Below are positions 1-13,861 of a stretch of 64,000 nucleotides of DNA, in pieces. The notes beneath the pieces were generated by a model. That model made no database searches. It was not told where the DNA came from and saw only the letters and a list, made by a program, of their open reading frames with translations. The stretch is taken from NCBI GenBank assembly GCA_965112155.1, contig OZ218100.1. One strand, written 5' to 3'. The position numbers were made by a program, and so were the translations under genes. How positions within the stretch are numbered: the stretch's first letter is position 1; each line of letters opens with the position of its first letter. Source of the DNA: Podarcis liolepis. Taxonomy: Eukaryota.

Positions 1-3000
1 AAAGGGGGGCATGTTGGGGGAGGTTTTGAAATCTGCCAAATCCGAAGTCCCCTCATTCCCCAGACATGGTAGAAACTACATAGGTTATTATAATTTTTTT
101 AAAGGGGAAAATCCAACAAGAAAATGAAGGCAAAATAAAGTTAAAAGCCTCCTCCACCTTATGGCTTATCTACTGCAAGCATTGTGAGACTTGGGATATA
201 GTAGCTCCTCTGCCAAATGTCCACAAGTTTGCTTTATTTATGTTAAACTGGCAGTACAATCCTGAACATACCTATTCAGAACTAAACCCCTATTTATCTT
301 CGATCAGACTTATTCCCAGGGAGGCCAGTATGTCTTTCCAAACTTGGTGCCCTCCATATGTTCATATCTGCAGTTCCCATTATCTCTTCCCTCTGGTTGT
401 GTTGGCTGAGATTGATAACCATTGGAAATCGGGATGCAACTCAGCTTACAGAAAGGGGTTTGCATGGATTCTTAGACCATCCCTGTACATTTGACTTCTA
501 TGATGACCTCTCCATCCTTTGAAGTCCAGACTGATACATCTTAGGTTGCATCACCTCCAATTTCTGCCTCCCTCTCACACTCCTCTTTCAGACTTAGGGA
601 TGAGAGGGCATCTTATGAACAAGCATGGCTGCCTTTTTCTTCTCTAAATTGACCAGAACTAGAAAGTTTTCTATCTAAGTTATGTACTTCCTAGAATAAA
701 ATGACTTTATTATTATTTTTCTCTACAAATATCTCATTGTGTGTGATTGCAGCCGGTAAAGTCTACTCTCTAACCAGATTCACAAGCCACACTCGACATA
801 CAAAATTTCAATAATCTGAAGGGCATCCAGCTGCCTAAAACTTTGTGATTGATGTAGAAAGAAATGTGATCAAAGGCAGAAGGGTAAGTATATAGTGGAT
901 TGGATTCTACATTCCAATGGAAATTTTATTCTGTAATGTTTCTGATTGTGTTGTCTATTCCTGTATATGGAAACAATATAATTTTTAACCACCTTTGGGA
1001 TTTCTTCCTGTCTTTAATGCATGCTTCATTGATGATCAAGACCTCTTCAGAATAGCTAGGGAAACAGCTCTTTGCAATATAAATGGGAATGCTGTTCAAA
1101 TAAAGTTCAAGGTAGATTCCAGCAAACATTTCAGCTTGCCTCACAGATTGTGAAGGCTCATTGAATTGCATCTCTTTGCTGACAATGAGAATGCAATCAC
1201 AAGGGGCTTCTCCTTGCTGCCACAACACACTTCCCATTCTCTCCCCTGACAGCCTTCTTGCTGGACCTCAAGTAGAATTTTGGCCTTGGCCTTTGGTGTT
1301 GTGCAAACGTTTGAAGTTGCTTCCTTCAGCCAGATGCCGGAATCTTACTGCTTTTTGGTGCCATTATCCCAGGCCTCAGAAAGCCTCCATTTCTCTGCCA
1401 CTATTATTATAGCCCTGTTCCATCTTTCACACTATTATGTCTGTTTAGTTCCAGAGCAAACAATACAATCGTGGCAACAGGGTACACAGCAACCATCTGA
1501 ATTGATCGGAGCTTGCAATTCCTGCCTTTTGTATGCAGCTTTAACTACTGCTTCTGAAAAACCAGGAAACCATGTATTTCCACAATGGGAGTTAATGCTG
1601 ATGAATGGTTTGTAAATAGCTTTGATGAGCTTGGGATAACTGCCTGCATTATTCTACAGTACTTTGCAGAATGGACAATAGCCCCATTAACAACTGATTC
1701 ATATGAGCTGGCAGTGTTTAATCACATTTCCAACACAATAGAGCTTTATAGCTCTTCAAATAACAATTTTCACTGGTTTGCAATGAAGTGTTTTTGTTTT
1801 ATTTACATAAAAAAATGCTTTCTATTTTTGTGACTGTCCATGTGCACCTCACTTCCGTTACATATATTATATTACCTCTAGCTGACAGTGTCTGTTACAG
1901 GTGCAGCTGTCCTAAGTGTGTGGACAGCAAGTCTTTCAATTTCTAAAACTGCAATAAGATAGAATTAATCATTGACTATACAGATAGGGCATATTGCAGA
2001 CAAGGTGAATCATTTGTTGAGAGCCATTGCTTCCAATGAGAGTTAAGGCACATATTTAAATATTTCCCATTTAAACCAATGGGATATAATTTTTGTTAAT
2101 TTTAGCTAGAGTGTGCTAATAATGATTACTGCTCCCTTTTTCGTCTTATGGTGATTTCCCATCCTTATACATTTTATTTCACAGCAGCCTCTTGAAGTAG
2201 ATTAGGTTGGAAGGTAACAGTGTCTGCAATCCCATACCTGGGGGTAAGGCAAACTGAATTTAATGAGGCTTCCTTCTGCACTGATATAGGTGTAGGTCTG
2301 AAATGTTAGTCCCTTCATCTTCATCTCCAGCTGTAATGGAGTCAAAGTACATCTCAAACAGTGTTTGATTATATTCACCCTTCCCATACTGGAGCATCTC
2401 TTCCTCCTCCTTCGGTTACCATCTCCACTATCAGAATTTAGATTTCTAAACTCCTTGGAGAGAGTCCTCTCTCCCACTTTTTAGCATATGAAACTCAGCA
2501 AATCATTATGTGGGGCTGCCACCCAGAACATTGTTGAGTTTTTTAAAGACAAACCCCAAAGTTGTTGAGCGATTTTTTTGGTTTACTTGCTGAAGAACCA
2601 GGACAAGCCGCCATCCAGAAATTATCCCCGGATGTCACTTCCACCTTTGAAATCCTGGTAATATCCAGGAAAACATATATCTCAGCAACCCTCTTGCACC
2701 TCTGCCATTTGTAATATGAGGATAATAATAACATGACGTATGTTTAGTAGCTCTTTGACCACTTAGAAAAAGTGCTGAATAGTTAAGTAATGTCTGTGGA
2801 ATGCTATGGCTACCTGCTATGGTATTTTTCTGGAAAAGAAATGGATTTTAGTTCATTTAATAGATTAACAATTCCTAGGAGCTGTGGCCTGTTTATCTGT
2901 CTCTACTGTTGCAAAGTGAATTACTTTCCCCTTATTATCTCATGTGCCTGTATTCATGCTTTCCCTGTTTCTGCTTTTTAAACTCTTTTAAAATAATTTT

Positions 3001-3833
3001 TGTTCTAGTTTGGCCCCAGGTTCTTTGACAAGGTCTTGCCTAGCAACTTGATGCTTAAGCTTTTAGGAATGTGTCTGTTTGTTACTTTTGCAATTAGCCA
3101 GCTATTAGCCTTGATAGAAAGATGCTGTATTCTGGCTATTGCCCAGCGAAGCACCATTGTGAAAGTCGTTTAACTTACTGCTGCATTTGTGTTTTAACTA
3201 ATGTTTGTCACTCTTGGACTGTACCATCAAGTGGTTATTGGCATAGTATACGAATGAGCCATTGCAGCATTTTCATATCACCCAAACACAATGCTTCTCA
3301 ATGGATTCCTTTCTCCCAATTGAAGTGCTGAGTCAACATGTAATCAGTAATCAAGTGATAAGAAATCAAATGATGCAGAAGCATCTGTGAACCAGCCCTG
3401 TGAATTATGTTGACTCAGCTGCAGCAGCACCCCCTTCTCCATCCTACAAAACTGGTATTCCATAAAAGTTAGACTCATTAACTGGTCAGAGTCATTTATG
3501 CATGCTAATATTGTGGGAGAAGCACTATGTGAGCCAGGGCTCAGCTTCACGCCACTAAACAACATATACAGGGATGCCAACAAACTTTCCCGGGCCTAGC
3601 ACACTGAATGTGCATTGGACCCCTGCATCCTGCTCCCCCACCCACCCCACACAAACTATAGCCAATAACTGCTGTTTATATACACATATAAATCTAGCCT
3701 AGCCTACCCTGCAGGGCTGATGCAAATATAAAAGGGAAAAGGGAAGAAAAATGAACCCAACCAACCTTGAGCTCCTGGCTGGAAAAGCCAGATACAAATA
3801 TATGCTGCACTATGCATAGGACATGGAAAATCA

Positions 3834-3864
<31 letters not shown>

Positions 3865-3865
3865 C
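3834..3865. repeat. (GT)n(GC)n microsatellite
   Basis: Direct reading; alternating purine-pyrimidine tract. Confidence 0.9.
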
Positions 3866-4060
3866 AGTGTCACATTTTTTTTCTCAGCAGGAAGGAAACC
3901 TCATTTATTTCAAGGGCTCTGCTTCTAAGTAAAACAAAAATCAGCCAATTGTGTTTTCTTCTGTAACGCAGGGGTGGGGAAACCTTTGGCTCCTTATCTG
4001 GATCTGCCCCACAGGTCAAATTTGACTACAGGCTGCCCACCTGTCAATCACATGACATCA

Positions 4061-4221
4061 CATGGGTGTCAGCCAAGGGGGACAGAGGGGCAACTGCCAT
4101 CCCTATATCATGTAAATCAATAAAAATAATTAACTAACTGAGGTGCTTCCCCACAACATGAAGCCTGTCCCCCGCTAACATGAAGCCTGCCCCCTTAGCA
4201 TAAATCCTGGCTATACCCATG
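4061..4221. mobile_element. hAT MITE nested in an older hAT-like repeat starting at ~3969
   Basis: TIR CATGGGT...ACCCATG, perfect 8-bp TSD TGACATCA. Confidence 0.8.
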
Positions 4222-4803
4222 TGACATCAGTGTGATGTCACATGATTGACAGATGGAGAGGCCTGCTAACCTGTAAAAGTCCCCTCTGTGGCTTTGCAAA
4301 GTGCCCTTAGAAGCAGCCTATCCTCTTTTAAAGGTGGGGAGGCTGTTCCAAATAGTGCTTTGCTGTGGTTCTCCTTTAAGCAGATGGGCAGCAGCAGCCG
4401 TGTGGCCCCTGCTCACTTAATGGGGCAGTGCGCCATTAAACAGGATTGCCTCACCCTTCACCACATTGGCTGATGTGAAGGGAAAAGGTCCCAACTTTGT
4501 GCAGTACTCCATCGGCATTGCCTGCATAGAACTTAGGCGTAGTTAACTCAGATATCTTTGACCTCCGGGGCAATGTTTGCTGAGAACAATTTAACATCAG
4601 AATTTTAGAAATAAAATATACAAAGCAGATGCTCAATCACTATGTTTTGCTTCTTGTCTAGAAACCACGTGCGCTACAATGTTGGAACTATATGCAGCTG
4701 CTTACATAAATCCAAGTGTTAGATTTCAGCTCTTCTTGCCTAGCTAGCTAAGCCAGAATCGTATCTCTGGTCAGCTAAATAATATCAAGTAACACATGAT
4801 ATG

Positions 4804-5158
4804 GGGACGCGGGTGGCGCTGTGGGTAAATCCTCAGCGCCTAGGACTTGTCGATAGCATGGTCAACGGTTCTAATCCCCGCGGCAGGGTGCGTTCCCGTC
4901 GTTCGGTCCCAGCGCCTGCCAACCTAGCAGTTCGAAAGCACCCCCGGGTGCAAGTAGATAAATAGGGACCGCTTTATAGCGGGAAGGTAAACGGCGTTCC
5001 GTGTGCTGCGCTGGCTCACCAGATGCAGCTTGTCATGCTGGCCACGTGACCCGGAAGTGTCTGCGAACAGCGCTAGCTCTCGGCCTATAGAGTGAGATGA
5101 GCGCACAACCCTAGAATCTGGCAAGACTGGCCCGTACGGGCAGGGGTACCTTTACCTT
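4804..5158 (+). mobile_element. Sauria SINE (Squam1), full length
   Basis: tRNA-like head GGGACGCGGGTGGCGCTGTGGG, (ACCTTT)n tail, 14-bp TSD TAACACATGATATG (4790-4803 / 5159-5172). Confidence 0.9.
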
Positions 5159-7940
5159 TAACACATGATATGAGCTTGTAAAACTTTAAATGTGACAAGG
5201 TGCTCTTAAAACCAGCATGTACTTGTACTGAGTTTGGGCAGGCATGTATTTCTACACTTCACCCAGCCACGGCTGTAAGGATGAAACCTTTCTGCTTTTA
5301 TTTGTACTTATCTGAGCCTAGGGAAAAATAAGGTCTAGGGGAATTTTATTGCCGCTGTGGTTTCAGCAATTACATGAGGGGGAAAGTTCCAACTAAGTTT
5401 GTCACAGCCATAAACCCTGGAAGAGAGAATGCTACAGACGTCTCTTTTTCGGGGTCGGGATGATCATTTGCATGATCTTGGAAGATACTTGTCCCATTAC
5501 TGCAAACAAAATCTGAGAGCACAGTTCCAAAGACATTTACACTGATGATGATTCACTGAATGTAGAGGAATGCTTTTAGCATTAAGCGATGCTCAACCAC
5601 TCAGCCAGTATTCTACAGCTCGGTTCCCCTGGCACCCTCATACACTCCTTTTGGGGCCCATGAAATTCCACTGGCCGCCCCAATTTCAGGTCCCCCCCCC
5701 CTTTTCCCCTTTGGGTTGTTTCATTCAGGCTGTTGTTGCCTGGGTTTTGGGGGCTGGTGTATGTGTGGAGTGCCTGCCCTTTTGTTTGCGCTTTATTTGT
5801 TTTGTGGTGCATAGGTGTTTCTGAGCATCATTCATTTTTCTTCCATGAAATGGCTATATTGTGGTACTCAGGACAGATTCTTGGCCTTCCGAATGTGTCT
5901 CTGGGCTGAAAAACGTGGGGGAGCGCTACTGCTATCCTCCACTGTTTCGTCAAATCTTTGCTACTGAGTCAGAATGGAAAAGGGTTTTTTTACAAAAGCC
6001 AGAAAGTATTATGTAAATGAATATATTATTTAATTAGGAATAGGCAACATGATGGTGCATAAGATGTATTGAAAACAACACTGTTGTTGTGTACATAGTA
6101 TTTAATGTTATGAATATGTTTAAGTATCTTTATGTATTTGGGTGGGATTCAGCTAACTAGCACCGTCCATGGAAGCCCTTGCGTAACGGGGCTGTATTTA
6201 TTTATTTATAAAAGTATTTATATACCACTGTATCATTAACACCCCCCCCCACAGTGGTTTACATTGATCTCCTTCCCCCATGCATCTTTGCACCCCATGA
6301 CTAGTTGGGGGGTGCAAGAGAACCCCCAGAATAGCACACAAAGGAAGGAGGAATACTTCCATCCAGCATGCTGAAATACTTGTGCAAACAAAATGATTGG
6401 AAGAGCACGACATTGAATCCTACCCTCTGCATATTCTGTGCTGGAACTTAAACAAATATTTCTACTTCTCACAGAAAACTTACTTTTCTTATGAAGAATT
6501 CATAGCCACACAATATCCTGATGCCTATGAATTGCGCTACTGCCATCTTGTGCTAAATGCCATTCATACCAGTTGGTGTGGTGTGACGCAACAGCAGACC
6601 TCATGGCGATATGTTGTCACCCTTTAGACGTGTGTGTGCTTCTGCTCCCCCATGATTTACTCAGGAAAACAGCAGGAGAGAACTGCGTGGCAGAATAACC
6701 CCTCAAATTTCATCCTCTCACTTTTCTGGGCTTAATGGGTAGCAAACAGATGTTTTCTGGAAGCACTTGACATGGAAATGAGGGCTAGATTTCCACAAGA
6801 TCCTGCTAGATTTCCAGAAGTGGTTTTCACATAAAATGTGTAAATTATTCGGTATGGAAACATTGGGAGAATGAAATAAAGCCTTGTCTGACCGTACCCA
6901 TTGAGTAGGCATGGCGAAGCAGTAGTTTTACTTATTCCAGTAGTTCTGCTCCTACATAAATGAAAGGATTTGCTCCCAATTACTATTTGCCAGATTATTA
7001 AAAGCTCTCATGTTTGAAGGGTTAGCCAGCCTTTGGTGCTTAATTGGATACCTTTCAGAGGATACGCCCAGCCTTTCTTCTCTGGATGAAGGTCACAGGA
7101 ATAGTTTAGCAAAAGGGTGAGCCCACAACACACACCCTACAACTCCTATAATTGCCTTGCCTTTTTATGTATTCATAACATGATATGTCACATTGTTTCA
7201 TAAGGGTTGGCACTTCCTCAGAAGTGGACAGAGTTCTCTTCAAAGGCAAGGCGGAGAGTCAGTAAGAAAGCACTATCACTTCAGATGAATGACCACCTGT
7301 TCTATAAGTAAATGGAACTCTTAATACATCCACGCCATGCATTGAGAGCACCTGGCTTCCCCCAAAGAATCCTGGCAACTGTAGTTTAACCCTCTCAGAA
7401 CTACAATTCCCAGCACACTTAACAAACTGCAGTTTGTGGATGTGACTAAACCAAACAAGTCTTGCTTTATTAAGTCCTGCTTCTCACCTCAAAAGCCAAG
7501 TGACTTGAAATCTACATAAGACATAATTATAATATAATACTGGAAGGAGTGTGTGTGTGTGTGTGTGTAGTTATAAAGAGCTCACAAGGAGGAATATCAA
7601 AGTGAATTCATAACCTTGAACTTTAATTGTAAATCTTTAGAATAATTAAAGTGTCTTGATATTTTATACTGGAGATAACTCTGCTAGCTTGCAGATGAGA
7701 CGAGCCACATGCATAGCTCATAAATCCAAAGGATCATATAAAAATGGAAACATTTTTTTTAAAAATTCCATTTTGCAGTTTATCATTCTTTTCATGGTCA
7801 GGGCTAAATAATAGTTTAGATATGCTAGCAATATACATTTGCATTGCGCATTGTATGAAAAGAGACAGTACTTTTATGCCTGTGAGTTTGAAGGTGTCCT
7901 CTTTCCCCATGCAATCTTTAATTTAAAGCACAAACTATGT

Positions 7941-8007
7941 ATTGCAGGAGGTTGGACTAAATGACCCTCGGGATCTCTTCCAACTCTATAATTCTATGAT
8001 TCCATGA
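7941..8007 (+). mobile_element. CR1 LINE 3' end
   Basis: GGTTGGACTAAATGACC...TTCCAAC followed by (ATTCTATG)-type octamer repeats, the CR1 3' signature. Confidence 0.8.
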
Positions 8008-8431
8008 GCATTCATTATCCCCCCTCCCCGCACACCAATAGATTGAGAGAAACACTTGTAGGACCCATTGGATTCAATGGAAGACAGTCTTGTAGAAGAT
8101 TTATAGACTAACACTTTACTGGAGAATAAGGTATCAGTTTGCTATGAAAAATCTGTGGATCTTTAAGGTGCTTCAAAACACCTTGCTGGCCAAATCCAGT
8201 GCACAGCTAGTGAAAACACACTGGTGGAACAGCTGAAATGTGGTGGAACTGTGGGGGGGATGAAGGCAGTACAGTGCAGTAGTCTCTCATTGAGACTATG
8301 ACCACACCCACAATGACAACACACGTCATCACTAGCACAAGGAATATTCCTCCTGTTGAGTTTAATGGGAGGAAAAATAAATAGGCCCACTCCTGCAGTG
8401 ATGGCTATATGCAGATAGCCAATGCAGAGTA

Positions 8432-8664
8432 CAGTGGTACCCTGGGTTACAGACACTTCAGGTTACAGACTCCGCTAACCCAGAAATAGTACCTCTGGTT
8501 AAGAACTTTGCTTCAGGATGAGAACAGAAATTGCATGGCAGCAGCGGCAGCAGCAGCAGCAGCGGGAGGCCCCATTAGCTAAAGTGGTACCTCAGGTTAA
8601 GAACAGTTTCAGGTTAAGAACGGACCTCCAGAATGAATTAAGTTCTTAACCCGAGGTACCACTG
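8432..8664 (+). mobile_element. Tc1/mariner (pogo/Tigger-like) MITE, family A
   Basis: TIR CAGTGGTACC..GGGTTA, left TA flank; four more homologous copies in the window. Confidence 0.88.
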
Positions 8665-8691
8665 GACAGAACAGACAGCCAATGTGGCGCC

Positions 8692-9032
8692 CAGGGCCGT
8701 CTTTATCTGGGGATGCAAGGGGTGCGGTGTACCTGGGCTCCGAATTCTGGGGGGTGGCAATTGTTTACCTACTGCACCTTTATGATCGGTGGCAGTGAAA
8801 AGCAATGGAGCGAAAGTCCCTGCCCTCCTCTTCTGTTGCTCTGTTACTCAAATAAAACAATGCAGTTTTTTCTGCTGTGTCTCATTGTTACAGGTGAGCG
8901 ATTTCCCCCCCCCCCAAAAAAGCTCAACAACTTTGGCTTCCCCCTCCTAAAAAAAAGCTCAGCAACAATTTTAAAAAGGGGTGCTAGGCGGATATTTGCA
9001 CCCCAGTAGCACATATGCTAAAGACGGCCCTG
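8692..9032. mobile_element. hAT MITE
   Basis: TIR CAGGGCCGTCTTTA, 8-bp TSD GTGGCGCC/GTGGCACC; inserted into an older palindromic MITE. Confidence 0.85.
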
Positions 9033-9646
9033 GTGGCACCTTCCAGATGTTGCTGCCTAGGAGCAGCTGGATCAGGCCAAAGGCTCATGTAGTCCAGCAT
9101 CTTGTTCTGGTCAACCAGATGTTATATTACAACTCCCATTGTGCCTCACCATTGGCCATGCTAACTAAGGCCAACAGGAGTTGTAATCGATCAACATCTA
9201 GAGGACACCACATGGGCTACTGCTGGTACAGAATGTGGCACAAGTCAACACTCAATCACAACACATCACCTCAAGTAAATATTGGTGACTGACCAATCCA
9301 TAATAGGTGTCACAGGAAGACCACACCTCAAGCAGTAGGAGGTGCAGCAAGGGCCAATACTTCTCAGACCTTAGGACACACTTACTTATGGCTCACAATG
9401 GGGAACGCTGGTGATGGAGAAACAGGAGGCCAAATTACACAGAAAGGATGTGCTTTGCACAAACAGCCTGTCTCCAGAACACACATACGGTCTTGAACAT
9501 ATTGCTTCTCTTTCCAGAACCCTTACAAGAGTCTTACCTTGGAACTCCAGGCACAAATGCACAATGCCCACTCTACTCCATGAACTAGAGGTTCAAGGAA
9601 AGTGCACCTGTCTTCACCAATAAGCAAAGACAACCACACCACAAAA

Positions 9647-9770
9647 CAGGCCTACGCAGAGGAAGGGACAGCTGCTCCAGGCCTAGGAGGGCTAAGCCAG
9701 CCAGGGGCCTGCCAGAGGTACGCTAACAAGACTCCTGTCCCAGGCCTCAGACAAACTTTGCATAGGCCTG
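9647..9770. mobile_element. hAT MITE
   Basis: TIR CAGGCCTA(C/T)GCA, TSD CCACAAAA/CCACAAAG. Confidence 0.75.
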
Positions 9771-10957
9771 CCACAAAGTATAACTGCTACAACTCTTCCA
9801 CATAGTGATTGCTGTGCTTACCAGGAGGCAGAGGTGGCAGGTGGCAGGAAGGTCAGCATGGTGCTAACACACTAGTAGGAGCAGCAGTTTGGCTCTGCCA
9901 GTGCTTTTGCATTACAGCCACCTTCCAACAACCTCACAGTGCAGCATTGCGAGTGATGAGAGGTCTGGTAAGCTTCTCTGCCCCTCCCTTCTGATTGCTA
10001 CTATTTTCCTTCTGCCTCCTTTGGTATATCCACTTTCTGTTTCTCACCCCAGGTATATGGTTGTAACATTTTTGCCATCCAAGAGTAGGGAGCAGTCTCT
10101 CCCACACAAGGGGAATACTTATTCCCACACACAGGTAAGCTGTCTGTTTCCTACTGCGTTTCCTTCATGGTATCTTGACTAGAAATTTGTTTGGAAAATA
10201 AAAATTCATGGGTAGGAGTTGCATCAGTGCCAGGTTGAGTTAATAAAGAGGGAAAGACAGTTCCTAATTTAAAAATGTATTATGTAGCAGCCCACTTAAA
10301 AGCTTGAGTAGACTGATTTGATCTTCTTAGTTATTAAATGTGATATGACTTGCAGCAGGTATATTCAGATAATCCTCTATATGTTTTTCTTCTCCACTAT
10401 AGAAAGAAGAGGGCAAAAAAGATAATACAGGTTTTGTTCTTGAAATCTTAGAGGTATGAGATTAAAAATGGAAAAAACAACAACAACAACTCAGTTTTGT
10501 CTATCTGCTTTAGAATATGTAAAACAGTGTGAGGTTTTGTTATAACACCCAAAACAGAAGATTTTCCCCCAAGCTAGGACAAAATGCTAGGAAATACAAA
10601 CAACGAGGTCCTTCCAAGATAATTGAATTATTATTTTTAAAAAAATCAATGAAAAGTTGTATTTATGGGCAGTATCCAGAGTTTTGTGAGCAGTGGGGCT
10701 TTCTTCTCCATTTCAGCACCCCCAAGCTTTTCAAGAGTTAAGGTATAGGCTACAGCCTATGCTTCCTTAAAAATATATATATGGGTAAATGGGAGTGTCT
10801 TCAGTTGTTGCTAAATGGTGAACAGTGATGGTGTCGTTTTCTTCACCTGGAAGTTTCCATGTTGGTGCAGAGAGTAAGGGTGCCAAGGCTCTGCTGCCAG
10901 ATTCCCCAATTTGAACCCCTTGGGGCCTCACCTTACATTTGTGATGAAGTGATTATA

Positions 10958-11155
10958 ACAGTGTTTGACTAGGCTCTAGACAAGGGTTCAAATGCCCAGT
11001 TGACCGCAAAGCTAATTGAGTGACCTGAGGCCAGTCTCTAACTCTAATCCTAACCTACCTCACAGGGTTGTGAGAATGGGGAGGGCAATGGGGAGGGCAA
11101 GAACTATGCGCCTCACCTTGAGTACCTGGGAGGAAAGGGGGAACATAAGTGTTTA
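10958..11155 (+). mobile_element. Old MIR/CORE-type SINE
   Basis: GGGTTCAAAT B box, GTGACCTGAGGCCAGTC CORE-like segment, CCTACCTCACAGGGTTG, L2-like tail. Confidence 0.7.
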
Positions 11156-12394
11156 AAAAATCACTTAGTCTTTCAGTTTGAATTTTTGATTTATGTGAAA
11201 TGTCCCCATCAACTGTGGAATACTCTCCTGAAGAAGAGAGGCCACACTCGATTTGCCACCATTTGGGAGGGCTGTGACAAAGTTTTTATTTATTTTTTAT
11301 TTTATTTTTATATTTATTTATTTTTTTCTGTCATGTCTTTGGTATATAACTTCCTTTGAGCTGGATTTTTTTAAAACCACCTGTCAGCTAGTTGTAATTT
11401 GTTTGTGTGTATTTAGTTATTGCATGTTGGCCTGGATCTTAACTTTTGGGATTTAAGATATGTGCATGCCACATAACCACTGTCCCCAACCTCCCACTTC
11501 CTGCTCCAGAGGGTTGGGGGACCATCCAGAATGGCATTATGGGATATGGCAGAAGGGTTGTAGCAGGGGAGGGGGACTTGGTGAAAAGAGTGGTATCTTC
11601 GGATCCAAGCCACTGTTTGTGTAGTATATGTTATTATTATGTTGTGAAGTGCTGGGGCAACCCAGTAAGATGTGAAATTATGGAATTGGATGTCCCTATT
11701 TTCATCGGAGAAATAGTGAAGGGTATGTGTATACTGTACAATAGAAAAAGGTGGCCCTGAAACAGAGCACAGGATGCTACTTCTTTGAGTAAGAGCACTA
11801 GCATTCATGCACAGCTCCATGAAAATGGTACTGGTTTAAAGACTGTTAAGCGACAGGTCCTTTAAAATGCATTAAATATGATTGACTCAATTCACAAGGT
11901 GCTAAAATGATGTTTAAAATGAAACATCAACAAGTTTGTAAATTGCATTAAATTTTTTACTAGGTTTCAATTATTTTTTATTATGTTGGATTTTTCAAGG
12001 ACTTACATAAGGGTCACTTCATAATTAAAAAATTCTATTACAGTTGATCCTCTAGTAATATAAAGTGTGTACAATGACCTGATTGAAGGGGAAATGGTCT
12101 GATTAAGATAAGCCTGAGCTCATGTGGATCACTTGGACAGAAGAGAAAAGATTTGGATATTGCTTATGTTTCCTAGATTTCAATTGTATTGCCGGAAGGA
12201 CTGCTTTTCTTCTGCTGCTGAAGCAGCAAAACATATCTAGGAATGCACCAGAAGGAAGAGAGGGTGGGAACTTGTTTAGAAAGAGGAAGACCATCTATAT
12301 CAGGCCACAGCACATCTAGTCTAGCATCCTATTCTGCTAGTGGCCAACTAGATGCCTATGGGAAGCTTACAACGTTCCCAGGGTACTATAAATT

Positions 12395-12657
12395 AGTGTT
12401 GCCATACGTCTGGAATTTCCCAGAAATAGCTAGAATACTGCATTCACAAGCAGTGTCTGGGCGGAAATTCCTAAAATGTCTGGGGAAATCTGGACGTATG
12501 GCAACCCATGTCAGCAGGGTCATTTTTGGCGATTTACCTTAAAGAAGAAGCTCAGAAACGTCTTTTTTTTGTTTTTGCTATTTTTTCAACAACTTTGCTC
12601 AAAAAAGCTCAAGAATTTTGTGCCCAGATTTTCACTTTTCGAAATATGGCAACCCTA
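12395..12657. mobile_element. hAT-like MITE
   Basis: TAGTGTTGCCATA...TATGGCAACCCTA termini, with an internal second right end near 12500. Confidence 0.6.
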
Positions 12658-12794
12658 TTATAAATAGCCCAATGGAAGTTAGGAAAAAGCTTGCGGTGAA
12701 GGTGGCAAATGCAAGTAGTACATACTAGGATTGTTGTTGTTTTTTTTACAAAAAGAATAATGTTGTATCTAAATGGGATTAGTGTAAAAATAAT

Positions 12795-13242
12795 TGTCAG
12801 ATGGCTGTTGCGGTTGCTCGAGAGTAACCAGGCAGGACTCCGACCTGAGTTTTACAGGCTTTATTTTGGTGCAAACTATTTACAGTGAAGAGCACCAAAG
12901 CTCATGTCTGGCTCAATTGCTAGCAGAATTTGGGAGTGGTCTTTCTTTGTACCTCCCCCAACATAAAAGCTTTGTTACCCCCAACCGTCTCCGCCCCTCT
13001 CTGCACCTCAGACTACTGGGCAGGATGGGCATGGCAAGGGCGTGCTTCCCTCCTCTCCTGCTTGCTCAGGAGCAGTGTTAAGGCTCCCACTAGCATCCTC
13101 CGGTCCTTGCACCTCTTCCCCACTGGAGGTGGAGCTTCCCTCCTCCCGCGAAGAGGAACTGCTTCACAAGATTTTCGGAGGCCCCCTGTAACACAACTGC
13201 CCTTCTATTTCTCGCGTCTGAGCTGGTGGCAGTTCCCTGACA
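12795..13242 (-). mobile_element. Solo LTR (448 bp)
   Basis: TGTCAG...CTGACA termini, perfect 5-bp TSD ATAAT, AATAAA on the minus strand near 12862. Confidence 0.85.
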
Positions 13243-13861
13243 ATAATGTTTTTATGTTTGTTTTCTGGAACCATAATTCCAAATACCTGCTTATGCTATA
13301 TACCAGTAATTTAATTTATTGTTATATGAAATACTTATAACCACTGGAAATATTAAATCGTGAGGTCGTCCCCCACCCCCATCATGCGCCCTGGTGTTTC
13401 AGTGCCACGGGAGAGAAAGCATATGCATTATATCACTGATAAATCTTTAAATACATGAATGTGCATCCAAGTTTTCTGACTCGGCAGAGATATGAAACAT
13501 GGATAATTATGCTATTTTTCTAGAAAAAGAGTTGTCAGAATTCACTATGAACACCTCCCTAATTCTCTTAGAATGGCAGTGGCGCCCAACTGAGTTCCGA
13601 CAAGTACTGGCTGAAAAAAAGCCCTGGATGTAGGTCAAAAGCTGATGACTGGCTGCTGCACAGCATCATAAAACCAGTGCAGCTATTTTTGTTGTCTGAA
13701 GATACGAAACTAACAAATTCCCATTACATCTGTGACAATGAAGAGGCATTTGTAGTTAGACGCCAGTTCCCATCATCCCCTGCCAGCATACTCAGTTGTT
13801 GGGGTTGTCTTGTCTTAGTGTGCCATGTTAATTGGGCTGTGTGTGCTTCACTGGCCTATTA

